Source: Bilabrum cf. latius (lineage: Eukaryota). From it: a DNA stretch of 64,000 nucleotides. Location of the stretch: the NCBI GenBank assembly GCA_965178125.1, contig OZ237759.1, positions 744,001 to 808,000 of the forward strand, read 5' to 3'. The position numbers were made by a program, and so were the translations under genes. The notes below the pieces were generated by a model. It saw only the letters and a list, made by a program, of their open reading frames with translations. It did no database searches and was not told where the DNA came from. This document shows, one piece after another, positions 1 through 11,843 of the stretch (positions are counted from its first letter, which is position 1; each line of letters opens with the position of its first letter).

Positions 1-1347
1 GGCGGATCGCTTGCTGGCGTTGTGGATTTCGCAGAGGCGGCGCTGGAGGCATTCGGCACATCGGACGGTCCCATCGCAGAGACGGTGCTGGAGAGTCTGT
101 ACTTCGCGTGCTTCCGTCAGGGGGTGCGGGAGCGACTGGTGGGGGGCAAGGGGTACGAGCTGTGTCGCAGCGCTGGTTCGCGTTGGGACGGAGGTGGAGC
201 TCATAGTCGTGTCCATGATTTCACTCGCGGCGTGCAGGTGCTGTGCGAAAAAGAGCTTCGGAATGCGGCTAGGCTGCGGGCCCGGCAGGAGCAGCAGAGG
301 CAGCAGCAGCAGCAGCAGGAGGCTGAGGCTCGAGCGGCATAGCAGGCCGCTGCAAGCGCTGATGGTGATCGGGATGGGGATCGGGATCGGGATGGGGATG
401 GGGATGGGGACAGGGGACGCGAGGCTGGTGTTGCTAGTCCAGATGTCACGGGCGGCTTGCTAGATGGCATGCAGCAGATGGAGTAGATTCAGCAGCAGCT
501 AGGACAGCTCGAGGGTCGCGTAAGATAGGTGGTGGGCGATCATGAGCTTGATTCTGCTGCCCATGAAGCCGTGGCTGGGAACCGGAGCAGCTTGGGCGAG
601 CTAAGCGCTAGGGTAGCGCGGATGCAGGCCATGTTCGAGGCCGCGAGCCGCATCAGCGGCGGAGATGAGCAGCTGCGAAGTCGCGTACAGGTGGCTCACG
701 GCTCTTCCCCTGCCAGTGGAAGCGAAGAGCCGGCATCGGGGGGCGTGGGGCGCTCTTCTAGCGGCGGAGCATGTGCAACCCTGGGAGAGTTGATGGCGGC
801 GGCGATGGATGCTACGGGCAATGCAGATGGAGCTGCTCCCCTTGAGCATGAGGAGTATGGCAGGTATGAATTGTAGTCGGACGAGGAAGAGGAAGAGGAA
901 GAGGAAGAAGAAGAGGAAGAAGAAGAGGAAGAGGAAGAGTAGGGTGGCGCAAGGGGGAGGGATTCCCCGCAGCACGGTATAGTCGCCCACCCTGCAGCTG
1001 CGTCTGCAGATTTGGACAGCTAGCAAGTCTTCGCTGGCATGCAAGCAATGGAAGAGTTCGCTGACTCGATATCAGCAAGTGCTGATTCCATGCCGAGCTG
1101 GGGCGCGCTGAGCGCGGGGGTGCAGGGAAGGCTGGAAGGGGCAGACCATGAGGGCGTCTGGGGGGACCTGCAGGAGGGGCACGCGGAGGAGGTGCAGCCC
1201 GAGGAGTAGGCAGGAGGAGGGCTAGTCGGTGGGTGGTAGCCAGGCAGTGGCAGTGGCAGGGGCAGTGGCAGTGGCAGTGGCAGGGGCAGTGGTCGTGGTC
1301 GTGGGCGCGGGGGTGATCGAAGGAGGCGGAGAAGCCGGGGTCGATGA
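1..1347 (+). CDS. 3' part of a low-complexity hypothetical protein (poly-Q, poly-E, GS/GR tail), read through about 8 in-frame TAG
   Basis: ORFs 22..342 and 529..876 share frame 1. That frame is interrupted only by TAG (e.g. 340, 484, 526, 874, 940, 1021) until TGA at 1345-1347. One TAG lies in the Q-rich context MQQME*IQQQLGQ. Confidence 0.7.
883..939 (+). repeat. (GAR)n trinucleotide repeat encoding poly-Glu
   Basis: Visible GAG/GAA run in frame with the 1..1347 CDS. Confidence 0.9.
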
Positions 1348-1495
1348 ATTGTGGGCTCTTAGACTGTTGCTATTCCGCGTCTTGATTGCCGCATATCAAG
1401 TATCTAAGCCTCTCAAAAGAAAGTACCCTCAACCGCCTCCGCATTAGTCGGTTCCGGTCTAGCTTGCTATCGCGCAACAGGATCCACTCGGGGGC

Positions 1496-2413
1496 ATGAG
1501 CAGGCTGCTTCGGGCGTCTTCGGCAATTGTCAGAGGCATTTCTCGGAATGTTACAGATGGGCTGCGTATTGAAGCTGGGGGAGCTTCAGTATCATTTCGG
1601 CAAGCACAGATGCAACACTTCGCCTACCAGGACAGCCTCCACACCCTTTTAAGTCATGGTGGTTCAACGGCCAGAATTTACGAGATTCCAGCCGATGATG
1701 ACATGCCAGATTGCTGTTTCGTCGAAGACACGGTCATAGTTCAGCCGGGGAGGCGCGCAATGATAACGCGACCTGGTGCTGCCGAGCGTCGGCTAGAGTT
1801 GCCGGCTATGCGAGAGTGCTTGGAGGGACTAGGTTGTGAAGTATCTAGCATCAATGATGCAACCCGCGCAACAATAGACGGAGGGGATGTTTTGTACACT
1901 GGAGACGCGTACTTTGTCGGGCTGTCTCGACGCACGAATGCGGCCGGCGCGGCGAAACTCAGAGTGGCCGCCGGGGGTATTCCAGTCGTGGAGGTGCCCA
2001 TGGAAGACGTCACTCAACTTGACGACACTCTGCATCTTAAGAGTGCCATCGCGCTCGCATCCGAGGACGTGATTCTCTGCGGGCCCTCAAGCGGGCACCG
2101 CGCGCTTGCGGAACATGTAGCGCAGAAACTGGTCGGGCTGCGCAAGAGCGCAGCTGAGGCCGGAAGCAAGCCAGCAGCCCAGTGGGGTGACGTGAAGGTG
2201 GCCCAGGTGGACGAGCTGGCCGGCGCGAACGCCGTGCTTTGCAACGGCGCGCTGATGTGTAGGACGGAGCAAGAGTGCCCCGGGGCGTACAGGGAGCTGG
2301 ACAGGATGCGCAGCGCGGGGTGGATCGACCTGCTGCTGCCCACGGCTGGCAGTGAGCTGGAGAAGATCGACGGGGCCTTGACCTGCTGCTCTGTGCTGCT
2401 GTGGGAGGCGTGA
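1496..2413 (+). CDS. DDAH: Dimethylarginine dimethylaminohydrolase (amidinotransferase superfamily)
   Basis: Motifs PDCCFVEDT, RPGAAERRLE, IDGGDVL, VGLSRRTN, LHLKSA and ELEKIDGALTCCSVL; ends at TGA. Confidence 0.92.
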   Translation: MSRLLRASSAIVRGISRNVTDGLRIEAGGASVSFRQAQMQHFAYQDSLHTLLSHGGSTARIYEIPADDDMPDCCFVEDTVIVQPGRRAMITRPGAAERRLELPAMRECLEGLGCEVSSINDATRATIDGGDVLYTGDAYFVGLSRRTNAAGAAKLRVAAGGIPVVEVPMEDVTQLDDTLHLKSAIALASEDVILCGPSSGHRALAEHVAQKLVGLRKSAAEAGSKPAAQWGDVKVAQVDELAGANAVLCNGALMCRTEQECPGAYRELDRMRSAGWIDLLLPTAGSELEKIDGALTCCSVLLWEA

Positions 2414-3146
2414 CCCTGTGGGAGGCGTGACCCTGTGGGAGGCGTGACCCTGTGGGAGGCGTGACCCTGTGGGAGGCGTGACCCTGTGGGAGGCGTGACC
2501 CTGTGGGAGGCGTGACCCTGTGGGAGGCGTGACCCTGTGGGAGGCGTGACCCTGTGGGAGGCGTGACCTTGTGGGAGGCGTGACCCTGTGGGAGGCGTGA
2601 CCCTGTGGGAGGCGTGACCTTGTGGGAGGCGTGACCCTGTGGGAGGCGTGACCCTGTGGGAGGCGTGACCTTGTGGGAGGCGTGACCCTGTGGGAGGCGT
2701 GACCCTGTGGGAGGCGTGACCCTGTGGGAGGCGTGACCCTGTGGGAGGCGTGACCCTGTGGGAGGCGTGACCCTGTGGGAGGCGTGACCCTGTGGGAGGC
2801 GTGACCTTGTGGGAGGCGTGACCCTGTGGGAGGCGTGACCCTGTGGGAGGCGTGACCCTGTGGGAGGCGTGACCCTGTGGGAGGCGTGACCCTGTGGGAG
2901 GCGTGACCTTGTGGGAGGCGTGACCCTGTGGGAGGCGTGACCCTGTGGGAGGCGTGACCTTGTGGGAGGCGTGACCCTGTGGGAGGCGTGACCCTGTGGG
3001 AGGCGTGACCCTGTGGGAGGCGTGACCCTGTGGGAGGCGTGACCCTGTGGGAGGCGTGACCCTGTGGGAGGCGTGACCCTGTGGGAGGCGTGACCCTGTG
3101 GGAGGCGTGACCCTGTGGGAGGCGTGACCTTGTGGGAGGCGTGGCC
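2399..3146 (+). repeat. 17-bp tandem minisatellite (CTGTGGGAGGCGTGACC) x ~44
   Basis: 748 bp = 44 x 17, with an occasional TTGTGG variant and no spacers. The first unit is the DDAH terminal codons plus TGA. Confidence 0.97.
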
Positions 3147-3478
3147 GGACGAGAGCCTGCAAAATTCCAAAGGTATGCATTGATAACTGAGCCAGGCTTA
3201 AACTGAACACCCATGTATATATACTGGCACCCATCCAAATGCACCATCATTGACCCGCTTTCATCATAGGTCCAGCACGTGGGAATGGGACTGATCAAGA
3301 TGTGGGTGGCTCCTGTGCTACTGAGACTCACCTGTAGTTGCATCCGATTGTGTTTCCAACCTAGAGTCTAGTGCTACTGCAAGATCAATCCGATCCGCTT
3401 ACCCGGAGCCGCTCGTCGGATTCTGGCCGACGCTCCGCAGCCCACACAACTCTACGACTGAACCGACCTGCTCAACCA

Positions 3479-5524
3479 ATGAAACCCATCGTGAGTGAAA
3501 CTGCAATCATTGGCATGATGTCATAGCATCCGAACGGAGAGCACAATGATCACAGCACAGGCGCAATACGTGCGGTGGTCAACTCGCGTACTGCTATCCG
3601 TCAGTTTCACCATGCGCACCGATTGCTCTCATGAAGGGTATGCTACGCTACTGCGTCACATCTTCACCTGCCATACATCCATGAATGATCATGCAAATCA
3701 ACGCATACGAGTTCCCTATATCTCTCGCCGCAGGCTGCTGCCGCACTGCTGGCTTCAGCAGTGCTGTGCGGCCTTGGACTGGCGGGCGTGCTGCCACTCC
3801 AGAAGACCATCTATGCAGACATCAAGCTTGGAATCCCCACAAAGCCGCTCGCATTCGGCGACATCGTACACTTGCAGATCGATGCGCAGGGGTGCGAGCA
3901 GCTGCTGCAGTTTCGCGACAACGGCACAGCCAAGGGTGAGCCCACCGGAATCGCGTACAAGCTGTTCGCCGCTGTGCAGGACCCGGTGACCAAGAAGAGT
4001 GTGCTCGTGGGCCAGAGCAATGCCGTGAGTCAGCCCGTGCTGAACATCACCAGCGCCGTGCCCTCGCCTCAGACCCTGGACGTGTTCGTGGTTGTCACCG
4101 GCTCTCCACCCCGAGCCGAGGACCCCCCTCCCGGGATGTTGACTTTGACCCAGAGCTCCAAATGCCTCGCCAAGAGCGTGCGGGCGGAGCGCGGCATGGC
4201 TCCGCATGATCCGTCCATCCCGCTGATCCAGCGGCCGGGAGGCGATGCCGTGGATCTGCAGCTTCTCGAGATCTCCGTGCCTGCCGAGCTAGCCAAGACA
4301 TCCGAGGATGCACCCAACCCTGCCAGCGTGGTGGCGCTGTACCCTGACAATGTGCTGCCTAACAACATCTCGGTGGTGGGGTACGGTCCTCAGTACGACC
4401 GCTGCATCAACTCGCAGGTGTGGTACGAGCTGCAGGGGGTGTACACGCAGGGCGGAGGCACCAAGCTGTGCTCTGCATCCAGCTCTGACAATGAGTGCGG
4501 CACCGTGTCTCTCTGCGAGTAGCCCGCGAGCCTCAAGTCGACTGACCTGATCTTCTCGCTGAAGGGCCTCATCGGCCTGGCCCAATTCGTGGGCATCTTC
4601 CCCGCGGTCACCGTGGACTCCGCCCCCAGCCGGTCTCCGGTGGCGCCTGTGCCCGCCCGAGGCTCTCTGCTGGAGCAGGTGCTGCGGAGCACGGAGATGC
4701 CCGACGTGTCCAGATTCGAGTACGCCTCCCTGAAGTACGCCACGGAGCTCATCAACATCCAGTACCAGAAGCCCCTGAGTGTGACGTACTCGCTCGATTC
4801 TCAGTGCAACAACACGTTCACTGTTGTGCCGGCAAAGGGGGCCGAGTTTGATACGCAGATCACGATCTTCCAAGGCGACACGGTTGTGGCGAAGTCGTTC
4901 GTGGAGCAGACCCCCACTGCCACGTACTCAGCTTCTGTGGGCTCGCCCACGGATCTGGTAGCGGTGTTCTCCATCTTCGGAGGGGCACCCTGGACGGCCA
5001 TTGCGAACGTCACCGCGTTCTGGGAAGCCAAGGGGTCATGCGTCAATGACGCCTCCGCACTGGTCAGGGCCAACAGTCGGCCCGCGGCCAAGGTCATCCG
5101 CCAGACCGGACAGATGCCGAGCAGCAGCAGCGATCCCACGGTAGGGGCCACTTGGCTGGCTGGCGTATCGTTCGGAGGGGCCTACACGCTGGACGCCACT
5201 GCCGCACCCAGGGAGACGACGCAGATAGCTATCTTGTCTCCGCGCGTGCCGGACGATACCACCGTCAACTTCACGCAGATGAGCCAGGGGGCCGTGAGCT
5301 GCCCCGCCACCGGCAAGCTGCCCTACTACAAGTTCGCCAACGTCACCGCCAACCGTGGGGCCACGTGCCTGTGCACGGCAAGGCCGGCCGATGCACCTGC
5401 ATGCAGTCAGGTGACTGGGTGCAAGCTGAACAAGGACATGGCCTCCTTCGAGGCCAACGCATTCATGCAGGGGGTGCAGGGGGCCGGGACTGCTGTCGGA
5501 CTGAGCTGGGACGCGCGGTTGTGA
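3479..5524 (+). CDS. Secreted Cys-containing hypothetical protein (~600 aa), copy 1; exons 3479-3490 and 3734-5524; in-frame TAG at 4520
   Basis: ATG AAA CCC ATC|gtgagt...cgcag|GCT gives the signal peptide MKPIAAAALLASAVLCGLGLAG. ORFs 3761..4522 and 4589..5524 are in one frame joined across a TAG (SLCE*PASLKS); ends at TGA; several N-x-S/T sites. Confidence 0.8.
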
Positions 5525-6064
5525 GTGCACCAGCCCGTGCTTGATACACCGATGAGATGGTGTGGCCTGGCAGGCGCGATGGGAGGTCAGGGATCTGTGG
5601 CGGGCAAGTAGTGGCGCAATGCGCGTGCCTGGTACGGACCGCGACAGTAGCGATCCGTTGTCAGGCGTCCTATGTTGAAGCCCGTGATCCCACACAACTT
5701 GCTAGCTTCGCTTGATTTGTACATGCAGTTTGCAATACTCGTAGAATCCGGATGTGCAGGGTGGCACGTTGTTGAATCAGTCTGACATTCGGGCTCTGTG
5801 GCAAGAGGAGTCGAGAATGCTTCATGGGAAGACTCTCGAGCTTTAGTAGTGGTTCAGCATCCAAGTGGGTGAGGGACTGATCAAGATGCGGGTGGCTCCT
5901 GTGCTACTGAGACTCACCTGTAGTTGCACCCGATTGTGTTTCCAACCTAGAGTCTAGTGCTACTGCAAGATCAATCCGATCCGCTTACCCGGAGCCGCTC
6001 GTCGGATTCTGGCCGACGCTCCGCAGCCCACACAACTCTACGACTGAACCGACCTGCTCAACCA

Positions 6065-8117
6065 ATGAAACCAATCCGGATCGTGAGTGAAACCGCAATC
6101 ATTGGCATGATGTCATAGCATCCGAACGGAGAGCACAATGATCACAGCACAGGCGCAATACGTGCGGTGGTCAACTCGCGTACTGCTTTCCGTCTGTTTC
6201 ACCATGCGCACCGATTGCTCTCATGAAGGGTATGCGGCGCTACTGCGGCACATCTTCACCTGCCATACATCCATGAATGATCATGCAAATCAACGCATGC
6301 TAGTTTCCGACGTCTCTCGCCGCAGGCTGCTGCCGCACTGCTGGCTCCAGCAGCGCTGTGCGGCCTTGGTCTGGCGGGCGTGCTGCCACTCCAGAAGACA
6401 ATCTATGCAGACATCAAGCTTGGAATCCCCACAAAGCCGCTCGCATTCGGCGACATCGTACACTTGCAGATCAATGCGCAGGGGTGCGACCAGCTGCTGC
6501 AGTTTCGTGACAACGGCACAGCCAAGGGTGGGCCCACCGGAATCGCGTACAAGCTGTTCGCCGCTGTGCAGGACCCGGTGACCAAGAAGAGTGTGCTCGT
6601 GGGCCAGAGCAATGCCGTGAGTCAGCCCGTGCTGAACATCACCAGCGCCGTGCCCTCGCCTCAGACCCTGGACGTGTTCGTGGTTGTCACCGGCTCTCCA
6701 CCCCGAGCCGAGGACCCCCCTTCCCGGGATGTTGACTTTGACCCAGAGCTCCAAATGCCTCGCCAAGAGCGTGCGGGCGGAGCGCGGCATGGCTCCGCAT
6801 GATCCGTCCATCCCGCTGGTCCAGCGGCCGGGAGGCGATGCCGTGGATCTGCAGCTTCTCGAGATCTCCGTGCCTGCCGAGCTAGCCAAGACATCCGAAG
6901 ATGCACCCAACCCTGCCAGCGTGGTGGCGCTGTACCCTGACAATGTGCTGCCTAACAACATCTCAGTAGTGGGTTACGGTCCTCAGTACGACCGCTGCAT
7001 CAACTCGCAGGTGTGGTACGAGCTGCAGGGGGTATACACGCAGGGCGGAGGCACCAAGCTGTGCTCTGCATCCAGCTCTGACAATGAGTGCGGCACCGTG
7101 TCTCTCTGCGAGTAGCCCGCGAGCCTCAAGTCGACTGACCTGATCTTCTCGCTGAAGGGCCTCATCGGCCTGGCCCAATTCGTGGGCATCTTCCCCGCGG
7201 TCACCGTGGACTCCGCCCCCAGCCGGTCTCCGGTGGCGCCTGTGCCCGCCCGAGGCTCTCTGCTGGAGCAGGTGCTGCGGAGCACGGAGATGCCCGACGT
7301 GTCCAGATTCGAGTACGCCTCCCTGAAGTACGCCACGGAGCTCATCAACATCCAGTACCAGAAGCCCCTGAGTGTGACGTACTCGCTCGATTCTCAGTGC
7401 AACAACACGTTCACTGTTGTGCCGGCAAAGGGGGCCGAGTTTGATACGCAGATCACGATCTTCCAAGGCGACACGGTTGTGGCGAAGTCGTTCGTGGAGC
7501 AGACCCCCACTGCCACGTACTCAGCTTCTGTGGGCTCGCCCACGGATCTGGTAGCGGTGTTCTCCATCTTCGGAGGGGCACCCTGGACGGCCATTGCGAA
7601 CGTCACCGCGTTCTGGGAAGCCAAGGGGTCATGCGTCAATGACGCCTCCGCACTGGTCAGGGCCAACAGTCGGCCCGCGGCCAAGGTCATCCGCCAGACC
7701 GGACAGATGCCGAGCAGCAGCAGCGATCCCACGGTAGGGGCCACTTGGCTGGCTGGCGTATCGTTCGGGGGGGCCTACACGCTGGACGCCACTGCCGCAC
7801 CCAGGGAGACGACGCAGATAGCTATCTTGTCTCCGCGCGTGCCGGACGATACCACCGTCAACTTCACGCAGATGAGCCAGGGGGCCGTGAGCTGCCCCGC
7901 CACCGGCAAGCTGCCCTACTACAAGTTCGCCAACGTCACCGCCAACCGTGGGGCCACGTGCCTGTGCACGGCAAGGCCGGCCGATGCACCTGCATGCAGT
8001 CAGGTGACTGGGTGCAAGCTGAACAAGGACATGGCCTCCTTCGAGGCCAACGCATTCATGCAGGGGGTGCAGGGGGCCGGGACTGCTGTCGGGCTGAGCT
8101 GGGATGCGCGGGTGTGA
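6065..8117 (+). pseudogene. Copy 2 of the secreted-protein gene with a +1 frameshift near 6721 (true lesion or sequencing error)
   Basis: GACCCCCCTTCCCGGG here versus GACCCCCCTCCCGGG in copy 1. The ORF track shifts from 6380.. to 6684..; the same TAG is present at 7113. Confidence 0.65.
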
Positions 8118-8647
8118 GTGCACCAGCCCGTGCTTGATACACCGATGAGATGGCGTGGCCTGGCAGGCGCGATGGGAGGTCAGGGATCTGTGACGGGCAA
8201 GTAGTGGCGCAATGCGCGAGCCTGGCACTGGACCGCGACAGTAGCGATCCGTTGCCTGGCGTCCTATATTGAAGCCCGTGATCCCACACAACTTGCTAGC
8301 TTCGCTTGATTTGTACATGCAGTTTGCAACACTCGTAGAATGTGCAGGGTGGCACGCTGTTGAATCAGTCTGACATTCGGGCTCTGTGGCAAGAGGAGTC
8401 GAGAATGCTTCATGGGAAGACTCTCGAGCTTTAGTAGTGGTTCAGCATCCAAGTGGGTGAGGGACTGATCAAGATGCGGGTGGCTCCTGTGCTACTGAGA
8501 CACACCTGTAGTTGCACCCGATTGTGTTTCCAACCTAGAGTCTAGTGCTACTGCAAGATCAATCCGATCCGCTTACCCGGAGCCGCTCGTCGGAGCCGAC
8601 ACTCCGAAGCCAACACAACTCTACGACTGAATCGACCTGCTCAACCA

Positions 8648-10693
8648 ATGAAACCCATTGTGAGTGAAACTGCAATCATTGGCATGATGTCATAGCATCC
8701 GAACGGAGAGCACAATGACCAGAGCACAAGCGCAAACCATGCGGTGCTCTTCTCGCCTACTGCTATCCGTCTGTTTCACCATGCGCACCGATTGCTCTCA
8801 TGAAGGGTATGCGGCGCTACTGCGGCACATCTTCACCTGCCATACATCCATGAATGATCATGCAAATCAACGCATGCTAGTTTCCGACGTCTCTCGCCGC
8901 AGGCTGCTGCCGCACTGCTGGCTCCAGCAGCGCTGTGTGGCCTTGGACTGGCGGGCGTGCTGCCACTCCAGAAGACAATCTATGCAGACATCAAGCTTGG
9001 AATCCCCACAAAGCCGCTCGCATTCGGCGACATCGTACACGTGCAGATCAATGCGCAGGGGTGCGAGCAGCTGCTGCAGTTTCGCGACAACGGCACAGCC
9101 AAGGGTGAGCCCACCGGAATCGCGTACAAGCTGTTCGCCGCTGTGCAGGACCCGGTGACCAAGAAGAGTGTGCTCGTGGGCCAGAGCAATGCCGTGAGTC
9201 AGCCCGTGCTGAACATCACCAGCGCCGTGCCCTCGCCTCAGACCCTGGACGTGTTCGTGGTTGTCACCGGCTCTCCACCACGCGCCGAGGACCCCCCTCC
9301 TGGGATGTTGACTTTGACCCAGAGCTCCAAATGCCTCGCCAAGAGCGTGCGGGCGGAGCGCGGCATGGCTCCGCATGATCCGTCCATCCCGCTGGTCCAG
9401 CGGCCGGGAGGCGATGCCGTGGATCTGCAGCTTCTCGAGATCTCCGTGCCTGCCGAGCTAGCCAAGACATCCGAAGATGCACCCAACCCTGCCAGCGTGG
9501 TGGCGTTCTACCCCGACAATGTGCTGCCTAACAACATCTCGGTGGTGGGGTACGGTCCTCAGTACGACCGCTGCATCAACTCGCAGGTGTGGTACGAGCT
9601 GCAGGGGGTGTACACGCAGGGCGGAGGCACCAAGCTGTGCTCTGCATCCAGCTCTGACAATGAGTGCGGCACCGTGTCTCTCTGCGAGTAGCCCGCGAGC
9701 CTCAAGTCGACTGACCTGATCTTCTCGCTGAAGGGCCTCATCGGCCTGGCCCAATTCGTGGGCATCTTCCCCGCGGTCACCGTGGACTCCGCCCCCAGCC
9801 GGTCTCCGGTGGCGCCTGTGCCCGCCCGAGGCTCTCTGCTGGAGCAGGTGCTGCGGAGCACGGAGATGCCCGACGTGTCCAGATTCGAGTACGCCTCCCT
9901 GAAGTACGCCACGGAGCTCATCAACATCCAGTACCAGAAGCCCCTGACTGTGACGTACTCGCTCGATTCTCAGTGCAACAACACGTTCACTGTTGTGCCG
10001 GCAAAGGGGGCCGAGTTTGATACGCAGATCACGATCTTCCAAGGCGACACGGTTGTGGCGAAGTCATTCGTGGAGCAGACCCCCACTGCCACGTACTCAG
10101 CTTCTGTGGGCTCGCCCACGGATCTGCAAGCGGTGTTCTCCATCTTCGGAGGGGCACCCTGGACGGCCATCGCGAACGTCACCGCGTTCTGGGAAGCCAA
10201 GGGGTCATGCGTCAATGACGCCTCCGCACTGCTCAGGGCCAACAGTCGGCCCGCGGTCAAGGTCATCCGCCAGACCGGACAGATGCCGAGCAGCAGCAGC
10301 GATCCCACGGTAGGGGCCACTTGGCTGGCTGGCGTATCGTTCGGAGGGGCCTACACGCTGGACGCCACTGCCGCACCCAGGGAGACGACGCAGATAGCTA
10401 TCTTGTCTCCGCGCGTGCCGGACGATACCACCGTCAACTTCACACAGATGAGCCAGGGGGCCGTGAGCTGCCCCGCCACCGGCAAGCTGCCCTACTACAA
10501 GTTCGCCAACGTCACCGCCAACCGTGGGGCCACGTGCCTGTGCACGGCAAGGCCGGCCGAGGCACCTGCATGCAGTCAGGTGACTGGGTGCAAGCTGAAC
10601 AAGGACATGGCCTCCTTCGAGGCCAACGCATTCATGCAGGGGGTGCAGGGGGCCGGGACTGCTGTCGGGCTGAGCTGGGATGCGCGGGTGTGA
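8648..10693 (+). CDS. Copy 3 of the secreted-protein gene (intact; in-frame TAG at 9689)
   Basis: Same exon structure as copy 1; ORFs 8957..9691 and 9758..10693 are in frame; ends at TGA. Confidence 0.8.
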
Positions 10694-11843
10694 GTGCACC
10701 AGCCCGTGCTTGATACACCGATGAGATGGTGTGGACTGGCAAGCGCGATGGGCGGTCAGGGATCTGTAGCGGGCAAGTAGTGGCGCAATGCGCAAGCCTG
10801 GCACTGGACCGCGACAGTAGCGATCCGTTGCCAGGCGTCCTATATTGAAGCCCGTGATCCCACACAACTTGCTAGCTTCGCTTGATTTGTACATGCAGTT
10901 TGCAACACTCGTAGAATGTGCAGGGTGGCACGCTGTTGAATCAGTCTGACATTTGGGCTCTGTGGCAAGAGGAGTCGAGAATGCTTCATGGGCAACGCCA
11001 CCGTGACGTGGCGATACGTGGTGATGCTCACAAGAACTGTGACTTACACACCAATGCCAACAAGTCGTGCAAGATCGAGCTGAACTGAACTTGCTGCATT
11101 CCTTCAGCTCGCAGCTTTGGTGCGGGCGTGTGTACAACACTGGGTACGGGTACCCAACGATGCAGTGGCAGTGACAACTTGCGGAAGTGAGCGACCCCGG
11201 CAACCCTGCGCGCAAAATACCAGAATACCAGAATAATTTGTACGATACGTGGTGATGCAACAGGAAGCAGCAGCAGTGGCAGCGGCAGGTGAGGCGGCAG
11301 AGGCCGCAGCACTCGCAGCAGTCGTTGAACAGACCGAAGCTGAAGCCGACCAGCAGCAGGAAGAATTGCCGGTCGCACTCAACCTACAGGGCGGAATCCG
11401 GGGAGGAGCAGTCGCAGCTGCTGACCCTGGCGAAGCACCTCCTCAAGAGATCGAGCCCGAGGATCCAGGAGCTCCAGCTGCAGCACAACCCCACCACGGT
11501 GGGGTATAGGTGCTTCTGGATCATCTTGAGTGAACTCGGGAGTCTCGATGAGTGCCACAGAGATTAAGTGTTGGACGAGGGTCCGGTGCGAGATCTCGAA
11601 GGTGATGATGATGATTGAATGTAACGATACGACTTTTCACGAATGGCTGTCACACCCCCAAGGTGGGGCCATCAAAGATGACCTCAGAGAACAACGCGAT
11701 CAAAAGACCCGCAGCCCCCCCCTAAAGCAAAGGCCAAAGCCTCAAAAGAAAGCAAAAGAAGGAAGAATCCCTCGTCCCGAAGAGGATTTCCGAAACATCA
11801 TGGTGCTACACATACCGAGACGATCACCCTTAGACTCAGCCAC

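Larger units (their letters stand above)
3287..10992 (+). repeat. Tandem array of three ~2.59-kb near-identical gene-containing units
   Basis: GGGACTGATCAAGATG recurs at 3287, 5873 and 8461 (periods 2586 and 2588). Homology of unit 3 breaks at about 10992. Confidence 0.97.

Noticed and set aside
2399-3146. CRISPR array, or the long minus-strand 'HASHRVTPPTGSRLPQG' ORFs
   Set aside because: The units are contiguous with no spacers and there are no cas genes. The ORFs are by-products of a stop-free repeat strand.
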